Shown here piece by piece: positions 1 to 9,108 of a DNA stretch of 53,302 nt. The translations under genes and the position numbers were made by a program. This DNA comes from Candidatus Berkelbacteria bacterium. Its GTDB lineage: Bacteria > Patescibacteriota > UBA1384 > CAILIB01. The stretch is from assembly GCA_043751595.1 (NCBI GenBank), contig JAYUZR010000021.1:1-53302 (forward strand), in the 5' to 3' direction. How positions within the stretch are numbered: the first letter of the stretch is position 1; every line of letters starts with the position of its first letter. The notes under the pieces were generated by a model, which saw nothing but the letters and a program-made list of their open reading frames with translations, searched no databases and had not been told where the DNA came from.

Positions 1-171
1 ACAAATTGGGCGTTTTGCTGTATAAAACCCCGTTATCGATTAGTTCGGATGTGCCTCCACAGTAGCGACTGACCCCAGCCCTTACTGCGGAGGTGCAACC
101 CACCTACCGATATCCCAAAAACTCCTCGCCGGCGGGATAAGCCCGGCATTGCACCTTGAAAGGAACTTGAA

Positions 172-708
172 ATGAAACGTAACATCGCTCTTGGCATCGC
201 CGGATTCGCCTTGCTTATCGCCGCTCTGGAGTTCGCCGCTCGGCACGGCAGCTTCATTCCTTGGTTCTCGGACCGGGGAATCTGTGGAACAAAGTGGACC
301 TGGTGGCTGGCAGGTATGCTTGTTGCTTTTCTCCCCGTTGCGGGAGTCGCATCCCTCCTACTGTCTCGCAAGAAGCTCGTCCAGGCTATTGCCTGGATTG
401 GTATACTTCCGGCAGTAATCCTTGGGGCTGGAATCTACTTTAAGATCTTCATCCCTAAAATGGAAAGTGCAGAGCTTCTCGGCATCGACCGCAGGATCTT
501 TACCGTCACCGGAACTTACCGCGGGCTTGAGAATGAATTAGTCACTGTCTTCTCGTCAAAAACGAAGGAGGGCGACGTCTACGACTTTACCACTCAGGAC
601 CTTGAGAACCCTGATGAGATTACCGACCTCAATGTCGGCTCAGAGATTATTCTTATCACCGACGGCGGCACCCATAAGCCGCGCCTTATCAACCTACAAA
701 AGCCCTGA
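172..708 (+). CDS. hypothetical membrane-anchored protein
   Basis: 178-aa ORF with AAAGGA about 9 nt upstream of the ATG. Hydrophobic N-terminal helices (LGIAGFALLIAALEF, WWLAGMLVAFLPVAGV). Hairpin/T-run follows at 729-763. No family recognised. Confidence 0.5.
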   Translation: MKRNIALGIAGFALLIAALEFAARHGSFIPWFSDRGICGTKWTWWLAGMLVAFLPVAGVASLLLSRKKLVQAIAWIGILPAVILGAGIYFKIFIPKMESAELLGIDRRIFTVTGTYRGLENELVTVFSSKTKEGDVYDFTTQDLENPDEITDLNVGSEIILITDGGTHKPRLINLQKP

Positions 709-728
709 CCGGCACCAACATCGAAAGT

Positions 729-763
729 AAAAACGCCCTACGCATCCCGCGGGGGCGTTTTTT
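729..763. terminator. bidirectional intrinsic terminator between convergent genes
   Basis: AAACGCCC (731-738) pairs with GGGCGTTT (753-760). A-run lies upstream and T-run downstream. Confidence 0.55.
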
Positions 764-809
764 AATTTAGAGGAAACCACGGACGTGAGTCCGGGGAGTT
801 TATCATTAA

Positions 810-2117
810 TTACAGCACCTGCAGCAATTCACTCACCCGCTTTACGCTCGGAGCTACTTGATACCCCAGCTTCTCTACATCTTTAATCCTTCGGCTTTGC
901 CCTGCTACGGAGCGAATCTCTCCAGCTAGCCCCACTTCTCCAAACACGCATAGCTTTTCGGGAACTATATTACCGCTTACGCTCGAAGCAATCGCCAGAC
1001 AAACAGCAGCATCCACCGCTGGATCTTTTACCTTAAGGCCCCCAACTACATTTAAATACACGTCTTGGTCGGCAAGCGGCAGGCGAGCGTGTTTTTGCAG
1101 TACAGCAATAAGCAGATGGAGGCGATTGAGATCAAACCCCGAGGCAGTACGCCTGGGAGAGCCGTACGGACTATTAGTAGTAAGAGCTTGGATCTCGATC
1201 ATTACAGGGCGACTCCCCTCGAGTACGGCGGTAAGCACTGATCCCGGTGCCTGCAAGCGCTCAGAAAGTAAGAAGCTGCCAGGGTTGGATACTTCTTTAA
1301 GGCCCTTATCTCCCATCGCAAAGAGGCCCGACTCGGCAACATCGCCAAAGCGGTTTTTAACCGCGCGCATAACGCGTAACTGATGCTGAGGATCGCCCTC
1401 TAGGTACATAACCACATCTACCATATGCTCGAGCGTGCGCGGGCCAGCTACCGTACCATCTTTAGTGAGGTGACCGACAAAGATAGTGGTAAGAAGCTCG
1501 GTTTTGGCCAAGCGCTGTAAGCGAAGAGCAGTTTCTCGTACTTGTACGAGGCTTCCGGGAGTCGAAGGGAAAGCGGGATCGTGCATGGTTTGGATAGAAT
1601 CGATCACCAGTAACTGCGGCTTAAGCTCGCGGGCGACTTTTTCTACCTGAACCACATCTACTGCAGGTAGAATCTCTACACCCTCTCCCGACAACCCCAG
1701 GCGCTCGGCCCGAAGCTTAATTTGAGAGGGAGACTCTTCTCCACTTACGTACAGTACCGGGCGCTCGGCCGTAGCGGCTAGCTTTTGTACTAACTGAAGC
1801 AACAGAGTACTTTTACCAACTCCTGGCTCGCCACCAATAAGCAGCACGCTGCCCGCAACTAACCCGCCGCCCAAGACTCTATCGAACTCGGCAAAACCGG
1901 TAGGGCGACGCTCGGTTTGGGTGCCAATGACGGTATTAAGCGAAACGCGCTCGGCCGAGATAGAACCCGAATAACTAGCCGCACCCTTAGCCGAAGGGGA
2001 GACGCCGTAGACTTCTTTGATGGTGTTCCATTGGTTGCACGTAGAGCAAAGCCCCTGCCACTGCAGGTATTCTTCGCCGCAAGACTCACAGACAAATACT
2101 GATCGCGCTTTAGCCAT
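810..2117 (-). CDS. radA: DNA repair protein RadA/Sms
   Basis: N-terminal C4 zinc finger CESCGEEYLQWQGLCSTCNQWN, Walker A GGEPGVGKSTLLLQ, KNRFG motif (AVKNRFG), Lon-like C-terminal region. Confidence 0.9.
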   Translation of the reverse strand: MAKARSVFVCESCGEEYLQWQGLCSTCNQWNTIKEVYGVSPSAKGAASYSGSISAERVSLNTVIGTQTERRPTGFAEFDRVLGGGLVAGSVLLIGGEPGVGKSTLLLQLVQKLAATAERPVLYVSGEESPSQIKLRAERLGLSGEGVEILPAVDVVQVEKVARELKPQLLVIDSIQTMHDPAFPSTPGSLVQVRETALRLQRLAKTELLTTIFVGHLTKDGTVAGPRTLEHMVDVVMYLEGDPQHQLRVMRAVKNRFGDVAESGLFAMGDKGLKEVSNPGSFLLSERLQAPGSVLTAVLEGSRPVMIEIQALTTNSPYGSPRRTASGFDLNRLHLLIAVLQKHARLPLADQDVYLNVVGGLKVKDPAVDAAVCLAIASSVSGNIVPEKLCVFGEVGLAGEIRSVAGQSRRIKDVEKLGYQVAPSVKRVSELLQVL

Positions 2118-2181
2118 ATACGTAGCCTAGCCGCAAAGCCTTAGACTGTCGATTATGCAAAATGACCAGATTTTTGAATAG

Positions 2182-3840
2182 CTACACAAACCGCACCACC
2201 CTAAGCTGCACATACTCCGAGCCCTGCCAGACTTCGGCACTTACCTGGGCCAGCACCTTCACCGTATCACCATCTTCTAGGTCAGGCTGGGAAGTATTAA
2301 AGGCCACAAACTTCTTACTAGCCCCAGAAAAATCTTCCAGTACTCCGCCTAAATGCTGCCCCGTAGCTCCCATCGTGCGTAGCTTACGCACCATTCCCGA
2401 AACCTCAAACACAGGCCCGGGAAAGCCAATCCCAAACGGCTCGAGTAACTCTAGCTCTTTGGCCAAGACCAGATCTATCTCGCCAAGCTCAAGCGGCATA
2501 TCAGCTTTCTTGCGCGAGCTAGCCTGCAACTCCTCCAAGCTTACCCCCTGCTCCGCCGACCACTCCCATAGTGTCGTCTGAAACTCCTCAACCGCAGCCT
2601 CGCCAGATAAGGTGAGACCGCCCGCTTTAGTGTGCCCGCCATACCGAGCTAAATACGATGCACCCGAAGCCATCAAGGAAACGGCATGAATCGAATCCAC
2701 ACTGCGCACCGAGCCTTTAATCTCATCCCCCTCTTTAGCTAGTACCACCACCGGGCGAGCATATTTCTCAAGCAAACGGCTGGCCACCAAGCCAATTACC
2801 CCACTCGACCAGTGCGGCGCATACACGACCAAGGCATGGCGCTCGGTCTGGCCAACTTCTACCTGCAGCAAGGCCTCTTGTACGGTTAGATCGAGTAGCG
2901 ACTGCCGTGCCTGATTGTGCTGGCTCATGTATTGCGCCCAACCAAGCAACACCTCATCCCCCTCTTCGGCCACAAGTACCGCTAGAGGAATATTGCGGCC
3001 GTTCACTTCTTCGGAGTGCATCCGCGATGGGGCGTTAATGCGAGGCCCTAATTGGAAGCCAACTTGTCCAGCCGAAAGAGTAGCCAACGAAACCCCAGCC
3101 GCTTGGGCCAAGGCCTGTAACCCTCGGTTATGCGACTTCCGCATCACCAACATGCCAAAGTGGGCCAAGGCCCTATTTTCCCCCACGAGAGGAACCATGT
3201 CGGCAATAGTAGCTAACGCTACAAGATCCAGCTCCCACTTTAAGAATGCCGTATCTACCCCGAGCTTTTCGGCAACCAACCAACATACCTTCCACGTAAG
3301 GGCGGCCGCGCACAATTCCTTAAACGGATACTCGCTACCTTCGCGCTTCGGGTTAACCAAGGCAAAGGCGGCCGGCACACGCTCTGCATCCGGCTCGTGG
3401 TGATCAATAATAATTACCTCGCAGCCAGCCGCGTTTAGCTCGGCCACTTCTTTGGGAGAAACCGTTCCGTTGTCGAGGGTAATCACCAAGCCAGGCTTAA
3501 GCGCCAAAATCTTAGCCACCGATCCTTCGGTTAGGCCGTAGCCATCACTTCGCTTCGGGATTACTCCATGCACATCTTTAAACCCAAGATGGCGTAAAAC
3601 GCGGAGCATGCAGGCAGTGGCAGGAATACCGTCGGCATCGTAATCACCAAAGACCACGATCCTCTCCCCCTTTTCTTTAGCTAGTACAATGCGCTCGGCC
3701 GCAAGCAGCGCATCGGGCAATAAGGCCGCAGAATGCACATCACGAGTAAAATCTGGATGCAAAAACCCTTCACCATCCTCAATTCCTCGCTGCTCTAAGA
3801 GCTGCGTCATAATACTTTCGGCCGTCCGTTTAGCGCACAT
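2182..3840 (-). CDS. recJ: single-stranded-DNA-specific exonuclease RecJ (DHH family)
   Basis: DHH-family motifs FGDYDADGI, LDNGT, IIIDHH and GGHTKAGG. The start could instead be the internal Met at 3810 (MTQLLEQRGI). Confidence 0.85.
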   Translation of the reverse strand: MCAKRTAESIMTQLLEQRGIEDGEGFLHPDFTRDVHSAALLPDALLAAERIVLAKEKGERIVVFGDYDADGIPATACMLRVLRHLGFKDVHGVIPKRSDGYGLTEGSVAKILALKPGLVITLDNGTVSPKEVAELNAAGCEVIIIDHHEPDAERVPAAFALVNPKREGSEYPFKELCAAALTWKVCWLVAEKLGVDTAFLKWELDLVALATIADMVPLVGENRALAHFGMLVMRKSHNRGLQALAQAAGVSLATLSAGQVGFQLGPRINAPSRMHSEEVNGRNIPLAVLVAEEGDEVLLGWAQYMSQHNQARQSLLDLTVQEALLQVEVGQTERHALVVYAPHWSSGVIGLVASRLLEKYARPVVVLAKEGDEIKGSVRSVDSIHAVSLMASGASYLARYGGHTKAGGLTLSGEAAVEEFQTTLWEWSAEQGVSLEELQASSRKKADMPLELGEIDLVLAKELELLEPFGIGFPGPVFEVSGMVRKLRTMGATGQHLGGVLEDFSGASKKFVAFNTSQPDLEDGDTVKVLAQVSAEVWQGSEYVQLRVVRFV

Positions 3841-4669
3841 AGGCCCAGCGATCTACCCGTAAGTCTACGCTTTTGGCACCATCGGTTTTTCCCTGCTGTA
3901 CCAAGCGCGCCAAGTTACGTACCTGTACGCCAGCGTCCGATTCGGTATCCATAAGTACCCGCTGCCCAGATTTTGCCACTAATACTAAATCGTAACTGGT
4001 ATCGCCCAGCTCAAGATGATCAATTTCATAGGTAGGAATTGCCACCGCCAATTCTTTGGTAACGGTAAGTACGCTTTGTACAAACTGCGGTCCGCCAATG
4101 CGAGAAACTAACTTTACGGGAACCGATTTAGGATCGTACACCCGAGGAAGAGCCGCGATTTTCTTTTCTTCTTCGGTGGCAGGCTGTAACGCTGCACTCC
4201 GAGTAATCTGATGAATAACCACCCCATCTTCGGTAAGTAAACTAACAAAATCTCCGCTTACCCAGCTGATTACCGGCTGGTATTCGGCAACACTCACCAC
4301 CACCTTACTAGGTACATGCTCAACAATTTGAATATCCGAGATTTCTGGATGATCTTCTAAGATTTGTTGGGTAATTTGGTCGCGCTGCAAACTAAAGAAG
4401 TGCCCTCCCTTGGGAATAGCTTGCGCAATAACCTCGGCCGGAACCAGCGAGCCCGCCTGCACCTCTACCTGGCGCACTCTAAGGGCGGGGTGAACAGCGA
4501 TTAAGGTAATGAGCACGGCTGGAATAGCTAAAAATAGACCGACCCGAAGCCCAATAAACAGAGGACGAAAATCAAAACTCCGCCTTCGCTCGGTGCCATA
4601 AATCTTGGGCATTCGGCGAGTGGCACGGATGGTCTTTTTTGATCTTCGATCTGAAATATGTAACATCAA
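3830..4669 (-). CDS. ftsQ: FtsQ/DivIB-like cell division protein (TM + POTRA)
   Basis: Basic N-terminus, one TM helix (LFIGLRVGLFLAIPAVLITLIAV), then a POTRA-like VRQVEVQAG... region. Sits at the usual dcw position after murB. Confidence 0.6.
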   Translation of the reverse strand: MMLHISDRRSKKTIRATRRMPKIYGTERRRSFDFRPLFIGLRVGLFLAIPAVLITLIAVHPALRVRQVEVQAGSLVPAEVIAQAIPKGGHFFSLQRDQITQQILEDHPEISDIQIVEHVPSKVVVSVAEYQPVISWVSGDFVSLLTEDGVVIHQITRSAALQPATEEEKKIAALPRVYDPKSVPVKLVSRIGGPQFVQSVLTVTKELAVAIPTYEIDHLELGDTSYDLVLVAKSGQRVLMDTESDAGVQVRNLARLVQQGKTDGAKSVDLRVDRWAYVR

Positions 4670-4677
4670 CCCCTAGT

Positions 4678-5622
4678 TTACCACGGACCAGAACGAGAAA
4701 ATATCGTTTCTAGCTGCACCCCTGTTTTCTCATACACCTGAAAGGCAATTTCTCGAATCGCCTCATCCACCTGCCCACTTGTTCGATACGCCCCAACCGG
4801 TAGTAAGTAATTTGGATCTTTAGGGTGGATTTTGACCGCCCCTAATCGTAGCTTTTGAATGGCAGCAGCTTTATACAATTCTTCGAGACGCAGGCCTTCC
4901 GGAATAGAAAACAAGGGACCAAAACCATCAAGTGGTCTCGCCAAGGCCGAGCCAAACTTTTTTACTTGAGCATGGAGCATTTCACTACGCAAAGAGGTAA
5001 GCTGCAGCACCGCCGTAAGCAGCACCGCCCCACTGGCGCCTAGTTCGCGAGATTCTTGTGCCCTCGCCAAGCGCGAGCCCTCTCCCTGCGGTTTATCGTA
5101 GAACCAATCTACTTTGTAACGGTTTACCGTAGCCTCGCGGTCTAAGCGAAGTGGCGGCTGGAGCACGGTAACGTAGCGCACAAATGAACGCAGCGATTGT
5201 CCGGCAATCGTCATATCAGAAAGAAGCGCTGCGCCAATACTTCCGCCTTGTCCATGAAACTGAGTAAGACCACCAAAACCCCTACTGGCAGTTGCAGTAA
5301 TCAGCCGATCCAGCGAAAGGCCGCTATCAACTACCACCTGGCTTTTATCGGTAGCCATTGTAAAGTTACTGGAGTGATTAGCGATTACCAAGCCAGGGAA
5401 GCCGCCATCAGCAAATAAGGTTGATCTGCCCTGCCCCAGCACGATGTAGGGAATACTAAGATCGAGTGCCGCTTTTACCGCAGTAGCAAGCTCGATTACA
5501 TCGTTAGCTTCGGTAAAATAATCGGCCGTACCCCCACAGGTTAGGGGAGAAAGACCTTGGAGCGAATAGGCACTTTCTACTCGGGCAACCCGCTTAAGGA
5601 GCTCGGTTACAAGTTCTGCCAT
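4678..5622 (-). CDS. MurB-like FAD-binding oxidoreductase paralogue, probably catalytically divergent
   Basis: N-terminal MurB-type FAD-binding pattern LTCGGTADYF...IPYIVLGQGRSTLFADGGFPGLVI. MurB-like C-terminus ...AIREIAFQVYEKTGVQLE. GPLFSIP stands where MurB has the GS(x)F(K/Q)N catalytic-Ser motif. Confidence 0.6.
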   Translation of the reverse strand: MAELVTELLKRVARVESAYSLQGLSPLTCGGTADYFTEANDVIELATAVKAALDLSIPYIVLGQGRSTLFADGGFPGLVIANHSSNFTMATDKSQVVVDSGLSLDRLITATASRGFGGLTQFHGQGGSIGAALLSDMTIAGQSLRSFVRYVTVLQPPLRLDREATVNRYKVDWFYDKPQGEGSRLARAQESRELGASGAVLLTAVLQLTSLRSEMLHAQVKKFGSALARPLDGFGPLFSIPEGLRLEELYKAAAIQKLRLGAVKIHPKDPNYLLPVGAYRTSGQVDEAIREIAFQVYEKTGVQLETIFSRSGPW

Positions 5623-6644
5623 GGCCGTGCATTACCGTACTCATCCCAGGCATATACCTCGGGATGAAGCGTAACTCCAAACTCTTGATGCACACGAAGC
5701 CGCAAACGCTCGATAAGCGTTAGTAACTGGGCCTGAGTAGCTTCTCCGGTATTGGTAATAAAATTAGCGTGTAAATCGCTCACTACTAAGTCTCCTTCTC
5801 GCTCGCTTTTGGCCCCTACTTGGTCCAAAAACCAACCCGCCGCTGTATATGAAGTAGGGAGGTGTTGAATCTGGTCTGAAGTAAGATTTTGAAACACTGA
5901 CCCGCAGTTAGCCCCCGCAGGTTGGGCCTTAACCTTGGCGCTGGTCCAGGTTTGATACAGGCTTTTTGCCTGCTCTAGTAGCGGCGTAGGCGCCGGGGTA
6001 AGGGCAAATAGTACTCGGGTAATAAGCCAGGGTTTTCCTTGGAGTGCGCTGGTATCGTAGCCAAAGGCAAGTTCGGAAGCGGGAATCCAGTAGGTTGTGG
6101 CACTAGTAACATTAAAGACTTCTACCGCTGCTACCACCTCGCTTAATAAGTGCTTTTCGCCATGGATATTATTATATACCGCACCACCAACCTGGCAGGG
6201 AATGCGTGCATACCATTGGAGCCCTGCAAGGCCCATCTGCAAACTTTTGGCGACAAGGGCGGCCCAAGGGACACCGGCATCGGCCACTATATATACCTGA
6301 CCCTGAATGGCTGCGAGATTGTGCGCCAGCTGCTCGCTCTCTGAAAGCGCAAGCACTCCTTCTTTATTCTCAGCCAAATACCGCGCCTCTTCAACCTGAG
6401 TTGCGCGGTTCGCGAACCTACCCGAAAGAGCTTCATCAGCCAGCTCAATTCCCCCGCCTTGCAACTTAAAGAGGCGAGGAACTAAATCGCCATCAGGAAG
6501 AGCCAGGTTGCTACCTCCTCCAATAACCCGTATTTCTTGTGGAGAAAGACCTGCGAGTTTCGGTAGGATCTCATCTAATCTTCCACTTTCAAAAGAAGGA
6601 ACCACACCGCCAATCTTAATCGTGGTAAGACTACTTCCCTGCAT
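5607..6644 (-). CDS. murB: UDP-N-acetylenolpyruvoylglucosamine reductase MurB
   Basis: TIKIGG...VIGGGSNL FAD-binding start, IPCQVGGAVYNNIHG, NCGSVFQNL, AAGWFLDQVGAKSEREGDLVVSDLHANFITNTG, ..LHPEV. Start placed at MQGSS (6644); the ORF extends to 6719, but that would overlap murC by 89 nt. Confidence 0.8.
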   Translation of the reverse strand: MQGSSLTTIKIGGVVPSFESGRLDEILPKLAGLSPQEIRVIGGGSNLALPDGDLVPRLFKLQGGGIELADEALSGRFANRATQVEEARYLAENKEGVLALSESEQLAHNLAAIQGQVYIVADAGVPWAALVAKSLQMGLAGLQWYARIPCQVGGAVYNNIHGEKHLLSEVVAAVEVFNVTSATTYWIPASELAFGYDTSALQGKPWLITRVLFALTPAPTPLLEQAKSLYQTWTSAKVKAQPAGANCGSVFQNLTSDQIQHLPTSYTAAGWFLDQVGAKSEREGDLVVSDLHANFITNTGEATQAQLLTLIERLRLRVHQEFGVTLHPEVYAWDEYGNARPWQNL

Positions 6645-7968
6645 AGTCCTGAAGTTTAGATCGCAAATCTCCAGCCGACATACTAAGCAGGATTCCAGGC
6701 TGGATTGTTGCCACCTCAATCATCTGCAAAAGCTGAGTATCAGACTCGGCCACCGAAACCCTCATCCCTTTCGGGGCTTTGCGGGCAATGCCGGCAGCAA
6801 TATCGCCACTTGAGACCTCTATTCCTTGCTCACGACCAGGCACCGTAAAGATAGGGGCCAAAATAAGCTCATCGGGCGGGTTGGAATCGAAGCAACGACT
6901 AAACTGCTCCAGCAGTAACTTGGTTCGAGTAAGCTGATGAGGCTGAAACACCACCACTTTCCGCTCGCCACTTGCCCGTTCCGCAAGTACCTGCAAGGTT
7001 GCCGCCACCTCGGTTGGGTGGTGTGCATAGTCATCAATCCAGCGGCAGGCGCCTAGCTCTCCCATCTCTTCCATCCGCCTATCTACCCCCGGAAAAGTGG
7101 CTAGGGCCTTCTTAATAATGGCATTAGAAATGCCATATTCGTGTGCCACTCGCGCCGCAGCTGTAGCATTAAGCCGAACATGATTCCCTGCCAAGTTTTT
7201 AGGCAACCCAACCCACAAAGTATCAGCCGAGTACCAGCGCAACTTGTACGAAAAGCCCTTTACTACCCTGCGTAAACTTGGCGACTTTCCGTACGCCACT
7301 ACCAGCCCTTTTCGGTGAGGAAGATTGCGAAGAAAACGCTTAAAACTGTGTTCAATCTCGGGTACGCCGCCGGGGTAACATTCCAGATGATCAGCCTCTA
7401 GGTTTAGCAGGACCGCAGCCTCAGCCCTAAACTGATGAAAGCTTCTATCAAACTCATCCGCCTCTAAAATAAGGAGGCGGCTTTTGCCAATCTTAGTAGC
7501 ACCATTCCAAGCCTTAATTGATCCTCCTACAAAAACCGTAGGATCGAGCCCGGCAACAGTAAAAATCCAGCCAATCATGGCGGTGGTAGTGGTTTTTCCG
7601 TGGGTGCCAGCAACCGCAATGGTACGGTACCTTCGGGTAAGCGCACCCGTTGCTACCGCACGCTTTACCGGAACAATCCCCCGCCCTACCAGGGCCTGAT
7701 ATTCGCCGTACAAAGCAGAGGTTGGCGTAATGGCAGAACTCATTACCGACTCGGTAACATCGGCAGGGATTAGCTCGGGACTACAGGTATAGTGGATGGT
7801 GGCGCCGGCATCTTCTAGCCGCTTCGTAGTAACGGTTGTGCCACCGGTATCAACCCCAGAAACTTTCCACCCTTGAGCCAGCGCATAATCGGCTAGCCAA
7901 ACCATTCCCACACCGCCAATGCCAAGCAAATACAGGTGCGGGTTAGGTGATGATGGGAAGCGGTACAT
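6631..7968 (-). CDS. murC: UDP-N-acetylmuramate--L-alanine ligase MurC
   Basis: LGIGGVGM N-terminal fold and Mur-ligase P-loop AVAGTHGKTTTTAMI; dcw context. Confidence 0.9.
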   Translation of the reverse strand: MYRFPSSPNPHLYLLGIGGVGMVWLADYALAQGWKVSGVDTGGTTVTTKRLEDAGATIHYTCSPELIPADVTESVMSSAITPTSALYGEYQALVGRGIVPVKRAVATGALTRRYRTIAVAGTHGKTTTTAMIGWIFTVAGLDPTVFVGGSIKAWNGATKIGKSRLLILEADEFDRSFHQFRAEAAVLLNLEADHLECYPGGVPEIEHSFKRFLRNLPHRKGLVVAYGKSPSLRRVVKGFSYKLRWYSADTLWVGLPKNLAGNHVRLNATAAARVAHEYGISNAIIKKALATFPGVDRRMEEMGELGACRWIDDYAHHPTEVAATLQVLAERASGERKVVVFQPHQLTRTKLLLEQFSRCFDSNPPDELILAPIFTVPGREQGIEVSSGDIAAGIARKAPKGMRVSVAESDTQLLQMIEVATIQPGILLSMSAGDLRSKLQDYAGK

Positions 7969-7995
7969 GCACTAGTTATAACCGGAAGTAGCCGC

Positions 7996-9108
7996 CTACG
8001 AAAGCAACTGCTTAGCCACCTGCCTTGCCGCATCAGACTTAGCAAATTGAGCAATCTTTTCGGTGAGCCCATCCCGAAGTTCGGCATCTTCCAAAATAAG
8101 TTCCACTGCCTCGCGCAGCATTTCTCCGGTAAGACCCGATTGCTGGAGCACAATAGCCGCTCCTACTTTTTCGAGTTGACGTGCGTTTTTTCGTTGATGA
8201 TCTTGCGCAGCCGTTGGTAGCGGAATCAGAATACTGGCCGATTTGCTGGCGGCAAGTTCAAAAATAGTTCCGCCGCTGCGGGTAATAACAACATCGGCCT
8301 GTGTAAAAAGCGCAGCCAAGATTTCGCCAGTAACAAATGGCGCTATATACAGGTTTTGCCGAAGCGCCTTAGGTAGCCCTGCAACCCGCTCACCCATACC
8401 GGCATAATCAAGCTTGCCGGTCTGCACCACTACCTGCATTTTACCTAGGAGCGAAGGCAAAGCATCGGCCACTATTTGGTTCAATGTACGCGCACCTTGG
8501 CTTCCACCAGTTACAACAAGTAGGGGAAGAGTAGGATCACGCTCAAACTCTCCCTCCAGCGGCCAATCGGTTCTTTTTTCGTAAAAAAAGTCTCGCACTG
8601 GCTGCCCAGTATATATAGCTCGCTCGCTTGGGAGATCGGCATAAAATGAAATTGGGAAGGCGGTGCAGATAATCTTAGCAACCTTGGCCGAAATCTTATT
8701 AGCAAGGCCGGCGGCAACATCGGTCTCATGAGTAATAATAGGAATCCGCAAAAGGCCACCCCAGAGAGCAAAAGGAACCGATGCCGCTCCCCCCTTAAGA
8801 AAGAGCTGGGTAGGCCGGATAGTAATCAGCAGCCAAAGCGCAACCACCAACCCACCAAGAATGCGCCCAGTTTCCCCCACTTGCTTCCAGGTAAGGTGAC
8901 GGTGCAACTTACCGGCTGGAACTTTTACTAGCTGAATATATGGCCGGACGGGATCAAGCGCATTGGACGCACAATCCGCTGCGCTACCCGCGTAATACAG
9001 CTGTGCCGAGGCATCCTGCTCGTGCATAGCCTGCACCACCGCAACCAGCGGGGCAATGTGCCCGACCGTTCCCCCACCGACAAAGAGCAAACGTCTTGCG
9101 GTTTTCAT
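7996..9108 (-). CDS. murG: undecaprenyldiphospho-muramoylpentapeptide beta-N-acetylglucosaminyltransferase MurG
   Basis: FVGGGTVGHIAPLVAV glycine-rich loop, GT28-type C-terminal half (VVTGGSQGA, ITRSGGTIFELA). Confidence 0.9.
   Translation of the reverse strand: MKTARRLLFVGGGTVGHIAPLVAVVQAMHEQDASAQLYYAGSAADCASNALDPVRPYIQLVKVPAGKLHRHLTWKQVGETGRILGGLVVALWLLITIRPTQLFLKGGAASVPFALWGGLLRIPIITHETDVAAGLANKISAKVAKIICTAFPISFYADLPSERAIYTGQPVRDFFYEKRTDWPLEGEFERDPTLPLLVVTGGSQGARTLNQIVADALPSLLGKMQVVVQTGKLDYAGMGERVAGLPKALRQNLYIAPFVTGEILAALFTQADVVITRSGGTIFELAASKSASILIPLPTAAQDHQRKNARQLEKVGAAIVLQQSGLTGEMLREAVELILEDAELRDGLTEKIAQFAKSDAARQVAKQLLS

Noticed and set aside
33-371. 112-aa minus-strand ORF at the window start.
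   Set aside because: It overlaps the better-supported + strand membrane-protein ORF, has no RBS or motif, and has low-complexity Arg/Ala/Pro composition typical of antisense frames.
6645-6719. Longer N-terminal extension of MurB (370-aa ORF version).
   Set aside because: The extension would overlap murC by 89 nt and adds a Cys/Leu-rich sequence with no MurB similarity. The internal Met (MQGSS) gives a 14-nt overlap typical of this operon.
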